This document shows positions 13,201 through 26,578 of a DNA stretch of 64,000 bases, piece after piece. The first letter of the stretch is position 1. Every line of letters starts with the position of its first letter. Below the pieces are notes generated by a model. The model worked only from the letters and a program-made list of their open reading frames with translations. It searched no databases and had not been told where the DNA came from. This DNA is from the human T2T-CHM13v2.0 reference genome, Homo sapiens: the NCBI GenBank assembly GCA_009914755.4, contig CP068257.2:38368001-38432000 (forward strand), in the 5' to 3' direction. Position numbers and translations under genes: made by a program.

Positions 13201-13794
13201 TCAAAAACATTCAGAAAAGTAACTAAAAAAGAAAAAGACTTAATGGTCTTACAGGGCTTGGGCCCATGAATAGCCTCTTCTGCAAGGAGCAACTGGTCAC
13301 CCCAAGAAGCAATAAACCCTCCTGAAGTGACAAGAGGGGCAGCATTTCCAACGTTTATCAGCCTGAAATTTTTGTTAGTATGAATGTCCTTTCTGTTAAC
13401 CCTCGGGCTCTCTGTTAAGCAGGTGTCTTTTTTTTGTTGTTGTTTTGTTTATCAAGCTGTTGATTCTCTTTGAGGCTGAGGAGGTTCCCATGAGTTTGTA
13501 ACTCGACCTGACCCCAGCGTGTTAATTCCTACAATCCAGACCCTGGGAAATGCTCCCTCATTAAACAAGACCCTGCTAACTCCTAAGGGCCCTACACAGC
13601 AGCACAGCGTATTTTAGATAAGTTAACCCTTGCTTTGCCATGGATCCGAGAGCACAGCTTCTCATCTGCCGAAGGTGCAGGCTGGGTGCTCAAAGCCTTG
13701 CCTGGTCAGCCCTGGGAAACGCGTGGTGATGGAATCCAAGCCATGGAGCCCCACGCCTGGCTCAGCCACCCATGAGTAGCATGGGGGAAGTTAT

Positions 13795-13935
13795 TACAGC
13801 TCTCCAGCTCTGTGCCACTGTTTCGGCATCTGTAAAATGAAGATTGCTGTTTCATAAGGATATTGGGAAGATCACATGAGATAATGCCTGGGAAGGGCTT
13901 TCTAGGTTCCTGGCATGTGATAAGGACTCAATCAA
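13795..13935 (-). mobile_element. MIR SINE fragment (inverted)
   Basis: ctctgtgccactgtttcggcatctgtaaaatgaagat...tgagataatgcctgggaagggctttctaggttcctggcatgtgataaggactcaatcaatg. Confidence 0.55.
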
Positions 13936-14759
13936 TGTGCAGTTGCTGTTTCATCACTGTTTTCATTCCACAAAACTGTATTGAGCCCCCACTGTTTACC
14001 AGGCACTGGGCTAGACCAGTGGGGGGTGCCAAGATGAATAGATGAACCCATTGGACCCAGAAGCTCCATCTGGTAAGAGGAGAGACAAGTAGAGTAGTCA
14101 GAGAGCTCAGGGTGACCCTGGCTTTGATGGAGGTTTCCCGGGGTATTCAGGAGCATCTGTCCCAGATGTGGGCTCACGGGGTGACACCTGAAGGGACATT
14201 CTGAAGACTGGGTAGGAGTTAGGCATGGCAAAGTGTTCCCAATAAAGAGAAGCCCTCGAGCAAAAGCTCAGAGGCATGGAGAGCCATGGTGAGTTCTGGA
14301 GTTACTGCTGCAAGGAGCTGGGGAGTTGAGTCTGTGTAGTATGTAGAGCGAGACCAGGGGACCCTGAGTGTCATGTCCTGGGGCAACAGGAAGTCACCAA
14401 AAATGTCAGTGGAGGACTTATGTCATCAGATTCCCATTTCGGGAGAATGGAGTTTTCAGGAATATGAAGGAGGGGATGGAGGGAGAAGGACTGGAGTCCA
14501 AGTGCCTGGTTGGGAGAACACTGCATTGAGAGAAGGAGCACCTGGCCCCAGCAACGGCTGCAGAGATGGACAAGAAAACACAGAAACAAGCGGCGGTTGA
14601 GACACAGAGTAGACAGCATTGGCAAGCAAGGAGCTGAGGCGTCTGGAGGGGAGAAAGGCATTGAGACATGTTAGAATCTGGCAGGTGGTACAAGGTGAAG
14701 CCTTCTCACCTTGCAAGAGCAGCCCCTGAGACAGTGATAAGGAGTTCTGGGTGCTTCAT

Positions 14760-14920
14760 ACTCCAGCTTTTATACTTCATAAGTCCATGACCTTGGGCAA
14801 GTGGTTATTTGCAAGTCTTAGATTCCTCACTTGTAAAATGGGGGTAGTAACACCTTCCATGGGGGCTGTGGTGCACATCAAACAAAGGACTGTGTGCACT
14901 GAACACAGAGCCTGGAGCCT
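14760..14920 (-). mobile_element. MIR SINE fragment (inverted)
   Basis: ccatgaccttgggcaagtggttatttgcaagtcttagattcctcacttgtaaaatgggggtagtaacacc...actgaacacagagcctggagc. Confidence 0.5.
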
Positions 14921-17900
14921 GAGGCATGGTCAGGGGGCCCAAGTCAAAAGCTTGTCATCAGAAGAGTCATTATATCGTTTGAGGACACGAACATTGCCAG
15001 GGGCCAGTCAATATCAACTGCATGGTGATTTGAGGTTTAATCAATTGCAGTTGTGGTCTCCATAAAAATGGGTCCTTTGCTTTGCACACAGGAAAAGGAT
15101 TTGAATGAATCCCAAGTGGGTTACTATTCTGTGCAAGCTACAGAAATAGTCAGCATGCAAGTGACACAGATAAGGCACAGTCCCTTTCCCTTGGGGAGCT
15201 GAGAGCTGGTGAGTAGGCTGAGTGTCAGCAGAGAGTCTAGGTTTCAGGCTCACATCACTGCCCCTTCTACTGCCATTGTCTCAGGTGAGTTTCCCATGTT
15301 CCCTGAGTAGTGTTCTCCACCTGGAAGAGGGGGATCATCATGCTTGCTTTCTGCCTGTTGGGAGAATTAGAGGAGATACAGGGCAAGATCTGGCCTGTCC
15401 TGGTTTAATTATCATTATTAGGGGAAATAAAATGTAATCACAAATGGTTATTATCTAGCATAAAGTGAAAAGTGCCATTAGAGAAGGATCAGGAAGTTCA
15501 GAGGAGAAAGGGGTCATATTCAGCTGAGATAATCAGGAAATGGAACTTCCACTGAACGTGGAAGAAAGGCAGGGATTGTGGTGGCTTCACACGTTGACTT
15601 GGCTACGCTGGAGTTACATTTTCCAGAATTCTGCTCCCCTTGGAGGGTGGGTTGGAGGTGGGCCACAGGGCATTTGCAGGAGGTTTTGAAGGTAAAGGAG
15701 AAGCAACAGCTATGTTCCTTCAGCCCTTGGAACATAGCAACAGCTATGTTCCTCCAATGCACAGGGCTGGGCTCTGAAACTGCCTGTGCAATTTGTCCTC
15801 ACCTGTGGCTCATCTGGCTGCTCAGCCTCCAGCTCCTGCTGAATGCCCACTCTGTTCTCCAACTCCTGGGCTGCAGGCAGACTCAGCCTCATGACAAGGA
15901 AAGCCAGCTTCTCCTGCAGAACCCCCAGCCCTGTCACTGAAGTTGAGGCCTAGAAGTGTGAGAGACTAGGGTATGAGGCCTAAAGCTACAGCCCAATATT
16001 ATGTGTGTGCCTTCACATCTGGGGAACCCAGCCTAATGGCAAATTCCCCATCGCACGGTGCTCCTGCAGAGAAGGTGTCCTGGCTAAGCCGCTCTCCCTA
16101 ATACCAGAGCCAGGCACAGTACCTGCTATTGTTGGTAGGGGACTCTGTTCTCTGCAGGAACCATCTCCTCCTGCAGAAGCCAAGGGGCACCCCATTCTCT
16201 TGATACCACAGAGCCTGCCTCCCTTAGCCTTTTCTTGTTCACTCAGCTCCTGGGTGAAACCCCTGTGTGGCACTGAATGGTATATGGTGTCCTCCTCCCA
16301 ACCTGTCAATTTTACCTGTTCAGTGTTGGGGTGTCCTGTGTTTGACCAGGCTCAAAATCCTGGGCAGGGAATCCCTCCTTTGCCTACAAGGTGAAGAGGT
16401 GATGTTCAGAACACAGCCCCACGCCAGGTTCCAGTCTGTTCTCCTGGATTCTGGCTCCTGCCTGTGGCCTCACTCTCTCCCACTTCAAGTCCCTCCCCTC
16501 TTCCTCACTGCCTCCCCATGGACTTTAAATCCCAGCACCAGACACAAAGACGACAGCCTTGCAGAGACCATTTAACTAGCTTCCATCATTATGTGGCATC
16601 AAATCCCTATAATCATATCATAAGGTATCAAATCCCATATCATAAGGGATTTATTATAAGGGAATGTGACCTCACACAGGGATGGAAGCTGGTTAAACAG
16701 TCAAGGATGGAAGCCGGTTAAATAGTCTCTCTCTGTCTCTCGGTCTCTATCACTCTGATGGTTTTGTTGCTCAGATCTAACCCTGATTTTTATAGACTCT
16801 AACTGGTCAATCAGGCTGAAGGAATAACAGGATCTGAAAAATCTAAAGATGGTGTAGAAAAAGGCTGCTTCTGTGACAGGCGGGAATTTCTCAATCCACC
16901 ACCTTCGGTGTGCTAGAAATGTGACTGACTTTCTCTCCGGAGGCCCCTTTCTTGCAAGGAGCAGAAATAGAGTCTCCCTAATTCACAGGAAGCACAATGA
17001 CTATTCAGATTCCTCTCCCACCACCTTCACTTCAGAGGGGACACATTCCTTCCAGGGACTGACATGGCGGCTTCTCAGTCTCAGCAGGGGAGAGACGGGT
17101 TTTCCTTGGCCTCGGTAGGCATTGGCCTCCTCTGCAGTGAGTGTTGTCCCATTGGCACTTATTGGTTCCACTGGCCAGTCCACCCTACCCAAGGACAGTG
17201 TCCCCTCCTCCATTGTCTGCTGCCATATTTGATTCCTCTCTACTCTATTATGGGTCAGCAGGGGCGGGGGCCCACTGTGAGCCTTCCTCATGCCCTTGGC
17301 CTCAGCCTTCTGAGCAGACACCTGTTCCTACTTGTCTTGGTGCCCAGGGTAGCAGGAGGCAAAGTGCACTCAGGACCCCTTAACTCTAAGATTGTCAAAC
17401 AACGACAATCCCCTTGGGGCCAGTCATTGGGTGGGTTCATGGTTCCTTCTGAGAAACCCCATATGCACTTCATTCTTTTCATTTCCCATGCTCTCTCTTT
17501 TGGCCTGAAGAGAGTATTTTTCCTTAGAAGAAGCAAGTAGTTAAAAAATATTTTCTTCTTTTCTTTGACCTAGAGCTTAACAAAAGACAAAACTCAGATG
17601 ATGAAGTACTTAACATCTTCCTTCTTTCTTTCCTGCTGACTTGATGACTCTGCTTTGGAGCAGTGGGGGCCTCAGGGTCGCAGTGGAGAAAGCCATGGGC
17701 CAGTGGGAGGTGAAACGGAGCCAAAGGTGGGAGAGGGCTCGAGGGAAGAGGCCATGGATAAAAGGAACACCCTTTACACAGAGGTCAGGGGAAGATGGCC
17801 TTAGGAAAAGCCATTTGATTTGATATTTGAGAGATGTTTGGTGACCTTCAAGAGCATATTTTTGGGAGAATGCCAGAAAGAAAATAAGGTTGTAAAGAGT

Positions 17901-18334
17901 AAGAAGGTCAGTGAAGACTGTAAGGACAGGAAATGTGGAAAAGCTCAGTATCAGCCACTTACTTTTATGGGATCCTAGTAAATAAAGGGGGAGACAGACG
18001 ATGGAAACTTTAGGGCATAAAGGGAACATTTAGGTCCAAGCAGGGTGGAGGAAAGATATTTTTAGGGTGAGGGAGACTTGGGTATCATGGTTGACAGAAG
18101 GGAAAGAGCGAGAGTGCAGGAGAGACCAAACATGTATAGTGAAAATGCTCAACCTCTTATGGAATCTTGGCTACACTTCTGCTAGCTTGGTGACCCTGGA
18201 AAAGATAATAAACCTCTCAGAGCCTCACATTCTTAATATATGGAACTTTTAGAGATGGCAAGCCTAAGTCAAAAGCTAGTTTTGTAATGTTATACCATCA
18301 ATATAGCAACAATCATGCACAGTGTGCCTCTACT

Positions 18335-18625
18335 TCCATAAATATGGAACACATATATGGTGCTTACTATGTGTCAGGCCTTGTTCTCCATATTTAATGC
18401 ATATGAACTCACTGAATTGCATGCAGTTAACATCTACTAACTCAATTCTTAAAGCAACCCTAGGAGCCCAATTTTTAAATGATCCCTGTCTTACAAATGA
18501 GGCAACTGAGGAACAGAGGGGTTAAATAACTCTCCCAAGAACATAGAGAAGGCAGTTGACAGGGAAATGGGCTTGACAACCTATGCTCTTAACCACTGTA
18601 CAACACTGTCTCATGCTGAATGAGC
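18335..18625 (+). mobile_element. MIR SINE
   Basis: tatggtgcttactatgtgtcaggccttgttctc...tcttacaaatgaggcaactgaggaacagaggggttaaataactctcccaagaacatagag...tatgctcttaaccactgtacaacactg. Confidence 0.7.
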
Positions 18626-19044
18626 TTTCAATATAAAAACTGATTATTGATTGATTGATTGGCTGAGCAGAGAAAGATGAAGGAAATTGGTGGTAAACAA
18701 CCACAAAGAAGGAATAAAAGTGTAGAGCAATAGACCAAGTGAAAGGGTTGACCTGTGAAGAGCAAAGAACAAGCCCAGGGGAAAATACAGAGGTGCTGGG
18801 TAACAGCAATGCTGTTTGAGCCCCTGCATCCAGCTGCTCCTGAAGCTGATAAAATCCATTTTCAGACCTTTGGTTAAGCCAACAAATTTTCTCTCTTGCT
18901 GAAACCAAGATGGGGTGGGTGTCCACTCACTTGCATCTGAAAGATGATTCACTAATATGCTCATCTATTTTGAAGTCTGGTAGCAGAGAAGAGAGGTGGC
19001 GTAGGCTAGCAATTCATGATGGTACCAGCCTCTGGCTACCTCCT

Positions 19045-19470
19045 TGTATTAGTTTCCCAGGGCTGCCGTAGGAAGTGACCCCAACTGTGTGGCTTAAATC
19101 AGCAGACATTTATTCTCTTATAGTTGTGGAGGCCAGAAGTCTGAAATCAAGGTGTCAGGTCAGCAGAGCCATGCTCCCTCCGAAGGCTGTAGGTGAGAAT
19201 AATTCCTTGTGTCTTCCTGACTTCCAAGGTTGCCATGAATCCTTGGTGTTCCTTGGCTTGCAGATGCATTGCCATCTTCCCTGCTTGTCAGTCTGTGTTT
19301 CCTTCTTCTTATAAAGACACCAGTTTTATTGAATTAGGGCCCACCCTAGTTGAAAACAACCTCGTCTTTATTTGGTGGCAACTGCGAGAGCCTATTTCCA
19401 GGTCACATTCGCAGGTACTGGAGTTAGGGCTTCAACATGTCTTTCTGGGAGGCTCTCATGTCTATTGTAC
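19045..19470 (+). mobile_element. MLT1-type MaLR solo LTR
   Basis: tgtattagtttcccagggctgccgta...ggcttaaatcagcagacatttattctcttatagttgtggaggccagaagtctgaaatcaaggtgtcagg...cttcttataaagacaccag...attagggcccaccctag...aggtcacattcgcaggtactggagttagggcttcaacatgtctttctggg matches my recollection of the MLT1 consensus. Confidence 0.7.
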
Positions 19471-19802
19471 ATGGCCATGCATGGCAGAGAATCATTTTGG
19501 TGTTTTCCCCTTGTTCCCTCTATCTTCCACTGGCATTCAGGCAGCTTTCTATCTCCCAGCCCTCAAGGGAAGGAATGATCATGTCTAGGATAAAGGCCAG
19601 ATTTTTGATTTTTGAGTTCCAAAGCAGGCTCTTGAAATTCACTCTACAGATTACAGTCTAAAAACTAAAGGATATAGATGAACAAGTGCTGGAGTTTGTT
19701 GAGAGACAAAAGGATTCGTGAGTTTCAGCAAGAAAGCTCAGAGGCCTGAACACAGAAAGCATAAAATAAGCCAGAAAGCTGGGGGCACACAAAGTAAGAT
19801 GC

Positions 19803-20172
19803 AAATGCAGTGATATGGTTTGGCTCTGTCCACACCCAAGTCTCATCTTGAATTGTAGCTCCCATAATTCCCACATGTTGTGGGAGGGACCCAGTGGGAG
19901 ATAATTGAATCATGGGGGTGGGTCTTTCCTGTGCTATTCTCATGATAGTGAATAAGTCTCATGAGATCTGATGGTTTTATACAGGGGAGTTTCCCTGCAC
20001 AAGCTCTCTTCTCCTGTCTGCTGCCATATGAGACATGCCTTTCAACTTCCATCATAATTGTGAGGCCTCCCCAGCCACGTGAAATTGTTAAGTCAATTAA
20101 ACCTCTTTCTTTTGTAAATGGCCAACTCTCAGCTATGTCTTTATCAGCAGCATGAAAGAGAACTAATACACA
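19803..20172 (+). mobile_element. THE1/MST-type MaLR solo LTR
   Basis: tgatatggtttggctctgtccacacccaagtctcatcttgaattgtagctcccataattcccacatgttgtgggagggacccagtgggagataattgaatcatggggg...ccatcataattgtgaggcctccccagccacgtgaaattgttaagtcaattaaacctctttcttttgtaaat. Confidence 0.75.
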
Positions 20173-20909
20173 CAGCTATTTACTTGCGAAGAAAAAGGGA
20201 GTTCAACGGGCAAGGGGCTCAGAAGGCAATGAGGCCAGAACTGAGCTTGCTGGGGGGAGTCTGAGAAGAGCCCTTCCACCCACCATGATTTCTGCCTCCT
20301 CCCAGAGTGAAGACTCTAATGAGGAGGAGTCACGAAGAGAGGTTTGGGGAGCTCCATAAGGAAGCCTGCAAGCACTGCAAACCCCTTAAGATGGGACCAG
20401 AGCTCATGGCCCTGGGGTAGCTGAAACCACAGCTGGGGGAAGCAATTAGCCAGAGAGGCCACAGGGTCCTGCACATCCTAGGGAGGAGCAGGCCTCCAAA
20501 GTGGACCTTGTGCCTGGAAGGTCAGTGTGAAATTCAGGTGCCACGGCAGACACCACGGACTTCAGCAATGACTGTCAACCAAGAATTCTCAAAGACCATG
20601 AGGGGTGACTTCACTGAGGCAGAGGTAACTGCAAGAGCTGTAGGCAGCCCTTGTGCCAGGAACCCTGTCCTAAACTGCGTGTAAGTTCTCTCCCCTGCTT
20701 CCCCCAGAACGTAGAATGCTGAAAAGTTAAGGAGAACAGAAAGGACAGGAGGGAGTGCTGCATTTGGAAAAACCTGGACAAGCAGTACTCTAGTGATTGC
20801 TAGAAAGGATTGCTTCCATGTGGGTGTACTGTATTTTACACTTTCATATGCCACTAGAGTCCAGCAGAATTGTTTCCTTTACTTACTGAAGTATTACTCA
20901 ATATAATCT

Positions 20910-21217
<308 letters not shown>

Positions 21218-21879
21218 TTTGGCTCTTGCAAAAGATATAACATTTGAGAAACTCAAACTTGCTTTTATTACTTATTATTAAGTCTAATACATAAGAAATA
21301 AATGAGAGCATGTAGCAACGGCAACAAAGACTATTTAAAACCTTAAACATGTTTCTTTTAGGCTGATAACAGAACAGTTTCATTTGAAGCTTAAGATGTA
21401 AATGCTGCCATTTATACATATTGGTAGAAATCCTTTAGAAGGTGGCTTTAATTAGCTGCTCTTCTCTTCTTTTCTCCTCCTCCTCATTCTTAAATAGATG
21501 TCAATATAATTAACTTTATTAATGAAGCTGGTTAAAATGAGCTGAAGACATGGTATCAGATCGGCAAAGAACTGCACAATTAAGCATTTGAACATGAGTA
21601 AACACATGCATATATGCTGTTGGGCTAGGAATTGATTTCAGGATACACGGGCTGTCGCCCAATCAAAAGTGCCGTGGGAGTGTGCCTTATGCTGATATGT
21701 ACAAATATAACAGAATGACCCTTTTCAGCCCAAATGTTGAGACAGTGCTTGGGATGACTGAGTGGGATGTTGGCTGAGACATTCTCCATGGGCAGGTGTT
21801 ACTAAGCATGCATGGTCTTATGTAAGTAGAATAAAAGAATGGCTAACGATCATCATTAATGCTTATTGGAGAACTTGTT

Positions 21880-22095
21880 ATGTGCCACGCACTATTCTAA
21901 GCCCTTTATATGTCTTAACTCATTTGATAACTCAAAATATCCCTAAATGGAGTGAGTTACTGTTATTTCTCATGCCTTAAAGATAAGAACATTGAGCCAT
22001 GGTTAGTACCTCGTCCACGGTCAGAAGCTTATCTGTGGTGCAGCGCGGTTCTGAACTCAACCTCTGGCTCCAGATCCCACACTCTTAAGTACTGC
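21880..22095 (+). mobile_element. MIR SINE fragment
   Basis: ...ctgttatttctcatgccttaaagataagaacattgagccatggttagtacctcgtccacggtcagaagcttatctgtggtgcagcgcggttctgaactcaacctctggctccagatcccacactcttaa. Confidence 0.5.
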
Positions 22096-23126
22096 ATTTT
22101 AAGTTCCCTTCAGGGTTGGTGCACATGGGGAAGTCAGTGAAAAAGTCTTGAGATGGTTAAAGAAAAGCAAATAAGCCGTCTTTGGGCTGTTGAGTGAAAT
22201 CTCAGGATTAACTGCTTGATGAAAAGATCCTCGTGTGATGTGTGTTCAGGGTCTCAGAGTGGCTTCCATCTGTACAACAGGAAGGCTCCAATGAAGCTCA
22301 TTCTCCCAAATTTATTGTTTTTAGTCCAAAGATAAGCTTCTGTTAACTTTGTGTGCAATGCAATTTATTTTTGGCCCTCTTTTGAAATATTGTGCTCAGC
22401 TCAAGTCAACAAGCTCTTGCCCCAGGTGTTAGAAACATGGGCCACATCCTAGCAGGAAGCTGGGAGCATGAATCAGCCACAAAGAAGGGCTTCACAAAGG
22501 AACCTTAAAAGGAGGCCAAACTCAAATTTCTGGAAATGTGTTAAAGGTTCCACATGTATTCTGAGATCTATAAATGTCTCATCTTCTATCTTTGAAAGCC
22601 CTTACTTCTAGTCCAAATGTAAATCCTCATTAGGTTATAAACCCTGAAAGGATTTTGTCATCAAAGATAGTGCTAAAATTAGATGCTTCCTGGCTGAGCC
22701 CATTCTGCTTGCTTGAAGAAGCCAAATTACTTCCCCCTCTGTGAATTCAAAGCCCTGACGGATTCGCCTCTCCCTCCAGGCTGTCAATCCAGTTGAAAAA
22801 GTCATTTGCTGAGTACCTGGGTATCAGTGTCCTCTCAGGTCGTCCTCTGCAGGGGGGCTCACAAGGGAAGATTTGAACCCAGAGCAAGCCTGTTCTGACT
22901 GCTGTGGGATGCAGAGGCAGTGGCTATCATGCTGCTTCCCACTTCCTTCCCCTTGGCTCCTGGGCAGCTGCAGAGCAGACTCAGGCTGGCTCACGTCTCC
23001 TTGAAAGCATAGCAGAGACTTTTGCATTTCAGGAAGATTTGATCTTATACTTTCTCCTTTACTTTTTGCCAAGATTTACTTGCACTATGCATTGAGAAGC
23101 TCAGATAGTATTCAGTAAGCGTCGCC

Positions 23127-23444
<318 letters not shown>

Positions 23445-24137
23445 CCTAGAGAAACTTCACGGGGGAGAATAAGGAAGGAGATACTCACATTTACAATGTC
23501 ATCTACTCTTATTCATTCATCTACTTATTTATTTATCATCAAATATTTATTGAACATTGAATGTATACTAGGCACTAGGATAGGTACAGGGATAGAATAA
23601 AAGATAAGAACTTGCATTAGGTAGAGCTCCCCAGAAATAGAACTCGAGATGTGAATTTATATGCAGTGATTTATTAAAGTGTTATCAAGATAAATCAGAA
23701 AAAGGGTAGAGGAGGAAAGGTTGGAAAAATTCAGACTGTGCTCCATCTTGAGGCCAGGAAGCTGGGTTTCCATACACCTGCAATTGTCAGTCAGTCCGAG
23801 TGCTATGGCAATGCCATCTATTGCAATACAGACTCAGGAAGAGGGGATCCAGGAGCAGTGGGGTCACATGTAGTTATGAGTGTTGATTAGATTGAGTTTG
23901 AGCTTTACATGGGATGGGCAAGCAGAGGTGTCTGGAGGCTATTGAATGTGGACTGGAAGCTCAGAAAAGTTCAGGCTGAAGATTTAAATTTAGGAATCAC
24001 CAGAATATAGACGGTAACTAAAGCTGTGATTGAAGATGAAATGCTAACATTGCCCAGGGTGAGTAATGCACAGGACTGAGGTTGCAACTCTGGGAACATA
24101 CACCTTTGAAGGTAATTTGGAGAAAGAGGACCTTGCT

Positions 24138-24777
<640 letters not shown>

Positions 24778-26487
24778 GGAAGAGAGATCTGAGGTGATGC
24801 TCTGTTCTATCTCAAGACCCTTCAGAGAGTCCCCACCAGCAACACAGCTCTCACTGAATATAGCCCCTTGATCTTGGACTTCTCAGACTCTATAACTTGG
24901 AGAAATAAATTCCTTTTCTTCATAAACCAGTTTCAGGTATTCTGTTATGAGCAACAGAAAATGGACTAAGACCGAAGGGGAGATGTAGGACAGTGTCTCC
25001 AGTGAGTTCAGGGAAAGTGGGTGGCGTTTTTATTGATGGGGGAGACTTGAATGTCTTCACACGTGGGTATGAGATAAGATCCAGGTGTAGAAGGGAGGGT
25101 GAGAGTTTGTAAAGTTGGGAGCAGCTGGGATCCAGAGTGTGGATGGAGGGAGGAGTTATGGATGGGAAGAGGCAGGGTCAGGAAGGAGGTGGCTGTGAGG
25201 AGTTTGGTGGTGGGAGCAGAACAGGAAAGATACACCATGGCCTTTGATGTCAGGGGTGTCTGTCTGCTGAGAGTGAGGGAAGGAGACGGGATGGGCATTT
25301 GGGAAGGTCCCTAAGGGTTTGCCTGGGTTGGCATCAGATGTGCTGGCTCCCCAGGAGCCTCAGCTGGCTCAGCTCTGGTCACCTGGTTCACATTTCCAAG
25401 GATGAGAAATGTGAGGTGCCTGCTGCCCGGTGTACTAAGGCAGGAGCAGGGCCTGGGGAGAGGGAGGGCCTGGGGAGAGGGAGGGACTGGGCACACGCCC
25501 CCTACGGAGAGACCCTCAGACTTTTTACCAATGATGGCAACAACAGAAAGCAGTTTTCTGCTGACTGTCACGCAGGGGCCACCAGCATGAATTTAGAAAT
25601 CTACTCAAGAGGATGTTCAGGTAGAGCTTTGCCTAAAGAGAGGTTTTTATTTAGAAGGACCTGAGGGAAGGTCCATCTTTTCAACAGCAGCATGTGAGAA
25701 TTTGTGCAACACACATGTAGTATCGGAAACCTACAAATAATCAGGTTGGTCTTTTAAACTTCCTTTTCCCTCTAGGATAAAATGCAAACACAACAATAAT
25801 TAGGTGAGTTTAGGAGTTTATTAAAAGGATAAAAGTCTGCCTTACACACTGAGCTCACAGACATGGAGAACCTCCCTTTTTATGTTCCACGACACATCTA
25901 TGCACACTGACTTTCATGTCACATCCTTCTTAAACAGTCACCAATTCACCACTTTGGGCTGATGCCTGTGCAGGGTGCTAGGGGTACAAAAAATAAATGG
26001 AGGGCAGCCTCAACTTACCCCCCACCACACACTTTTAAGGAGCTCAAATATCTGCCCAGTGAGGTTGGTACTGAGAAAGGTCATCTCCTTGTTGGGCAAG
26101 CAGGGCCTTAGCGTCCTCCTGGTCCACTCAGGTCTGTTTACTGATGTCCAACCAGATGGCCTTTTGTGAGACCTCCTGGCTTGTTACCGAGGAGCTGGTG
26201 CTTGGACTAAGCCTCTCAGTGCAGTGTTCTTCCTATTAGGCCACGTCCCTTGCTCGCCCCAAATTTTCCTGTGATCCTAGGTCATTGAATAAGCCCAATT
26301 TTTACATGCTGCGGAATGGACACGCAAACACATCTAAGAATGGACCTTGACCAAGACGGACATCAGAAGCTTTTCCAGTTACTTCCATAGCAACAAGAAT
26401 GTCCCCTTCCCAGGTGCTCTGTAACTCCTTTTGGAAGCGTCTTCATTATTCTTGGCTCCATGCAAAGAACTCCCAGTCCTCTTCCTG

Positions 26488-26578
26488 GAAACGTCAGCAC
26501 CTTGGTGTTGAGGGTAAACTTTTGCTACAGAAAACGTCAGCACCTTGGTGTTGAGGGTTAACTTTTGCTACAGAAGTG
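26488..26578. repeat. Direct tandem duplication, 2 x 47 bp
   Basis: aacgtcagcaccttggtgttgagggtaaacttttgctacagaa | aacgtcagcaccttggtgttgagggttaacttttgctacagaa (1 mismatch). Confidence 0.9.
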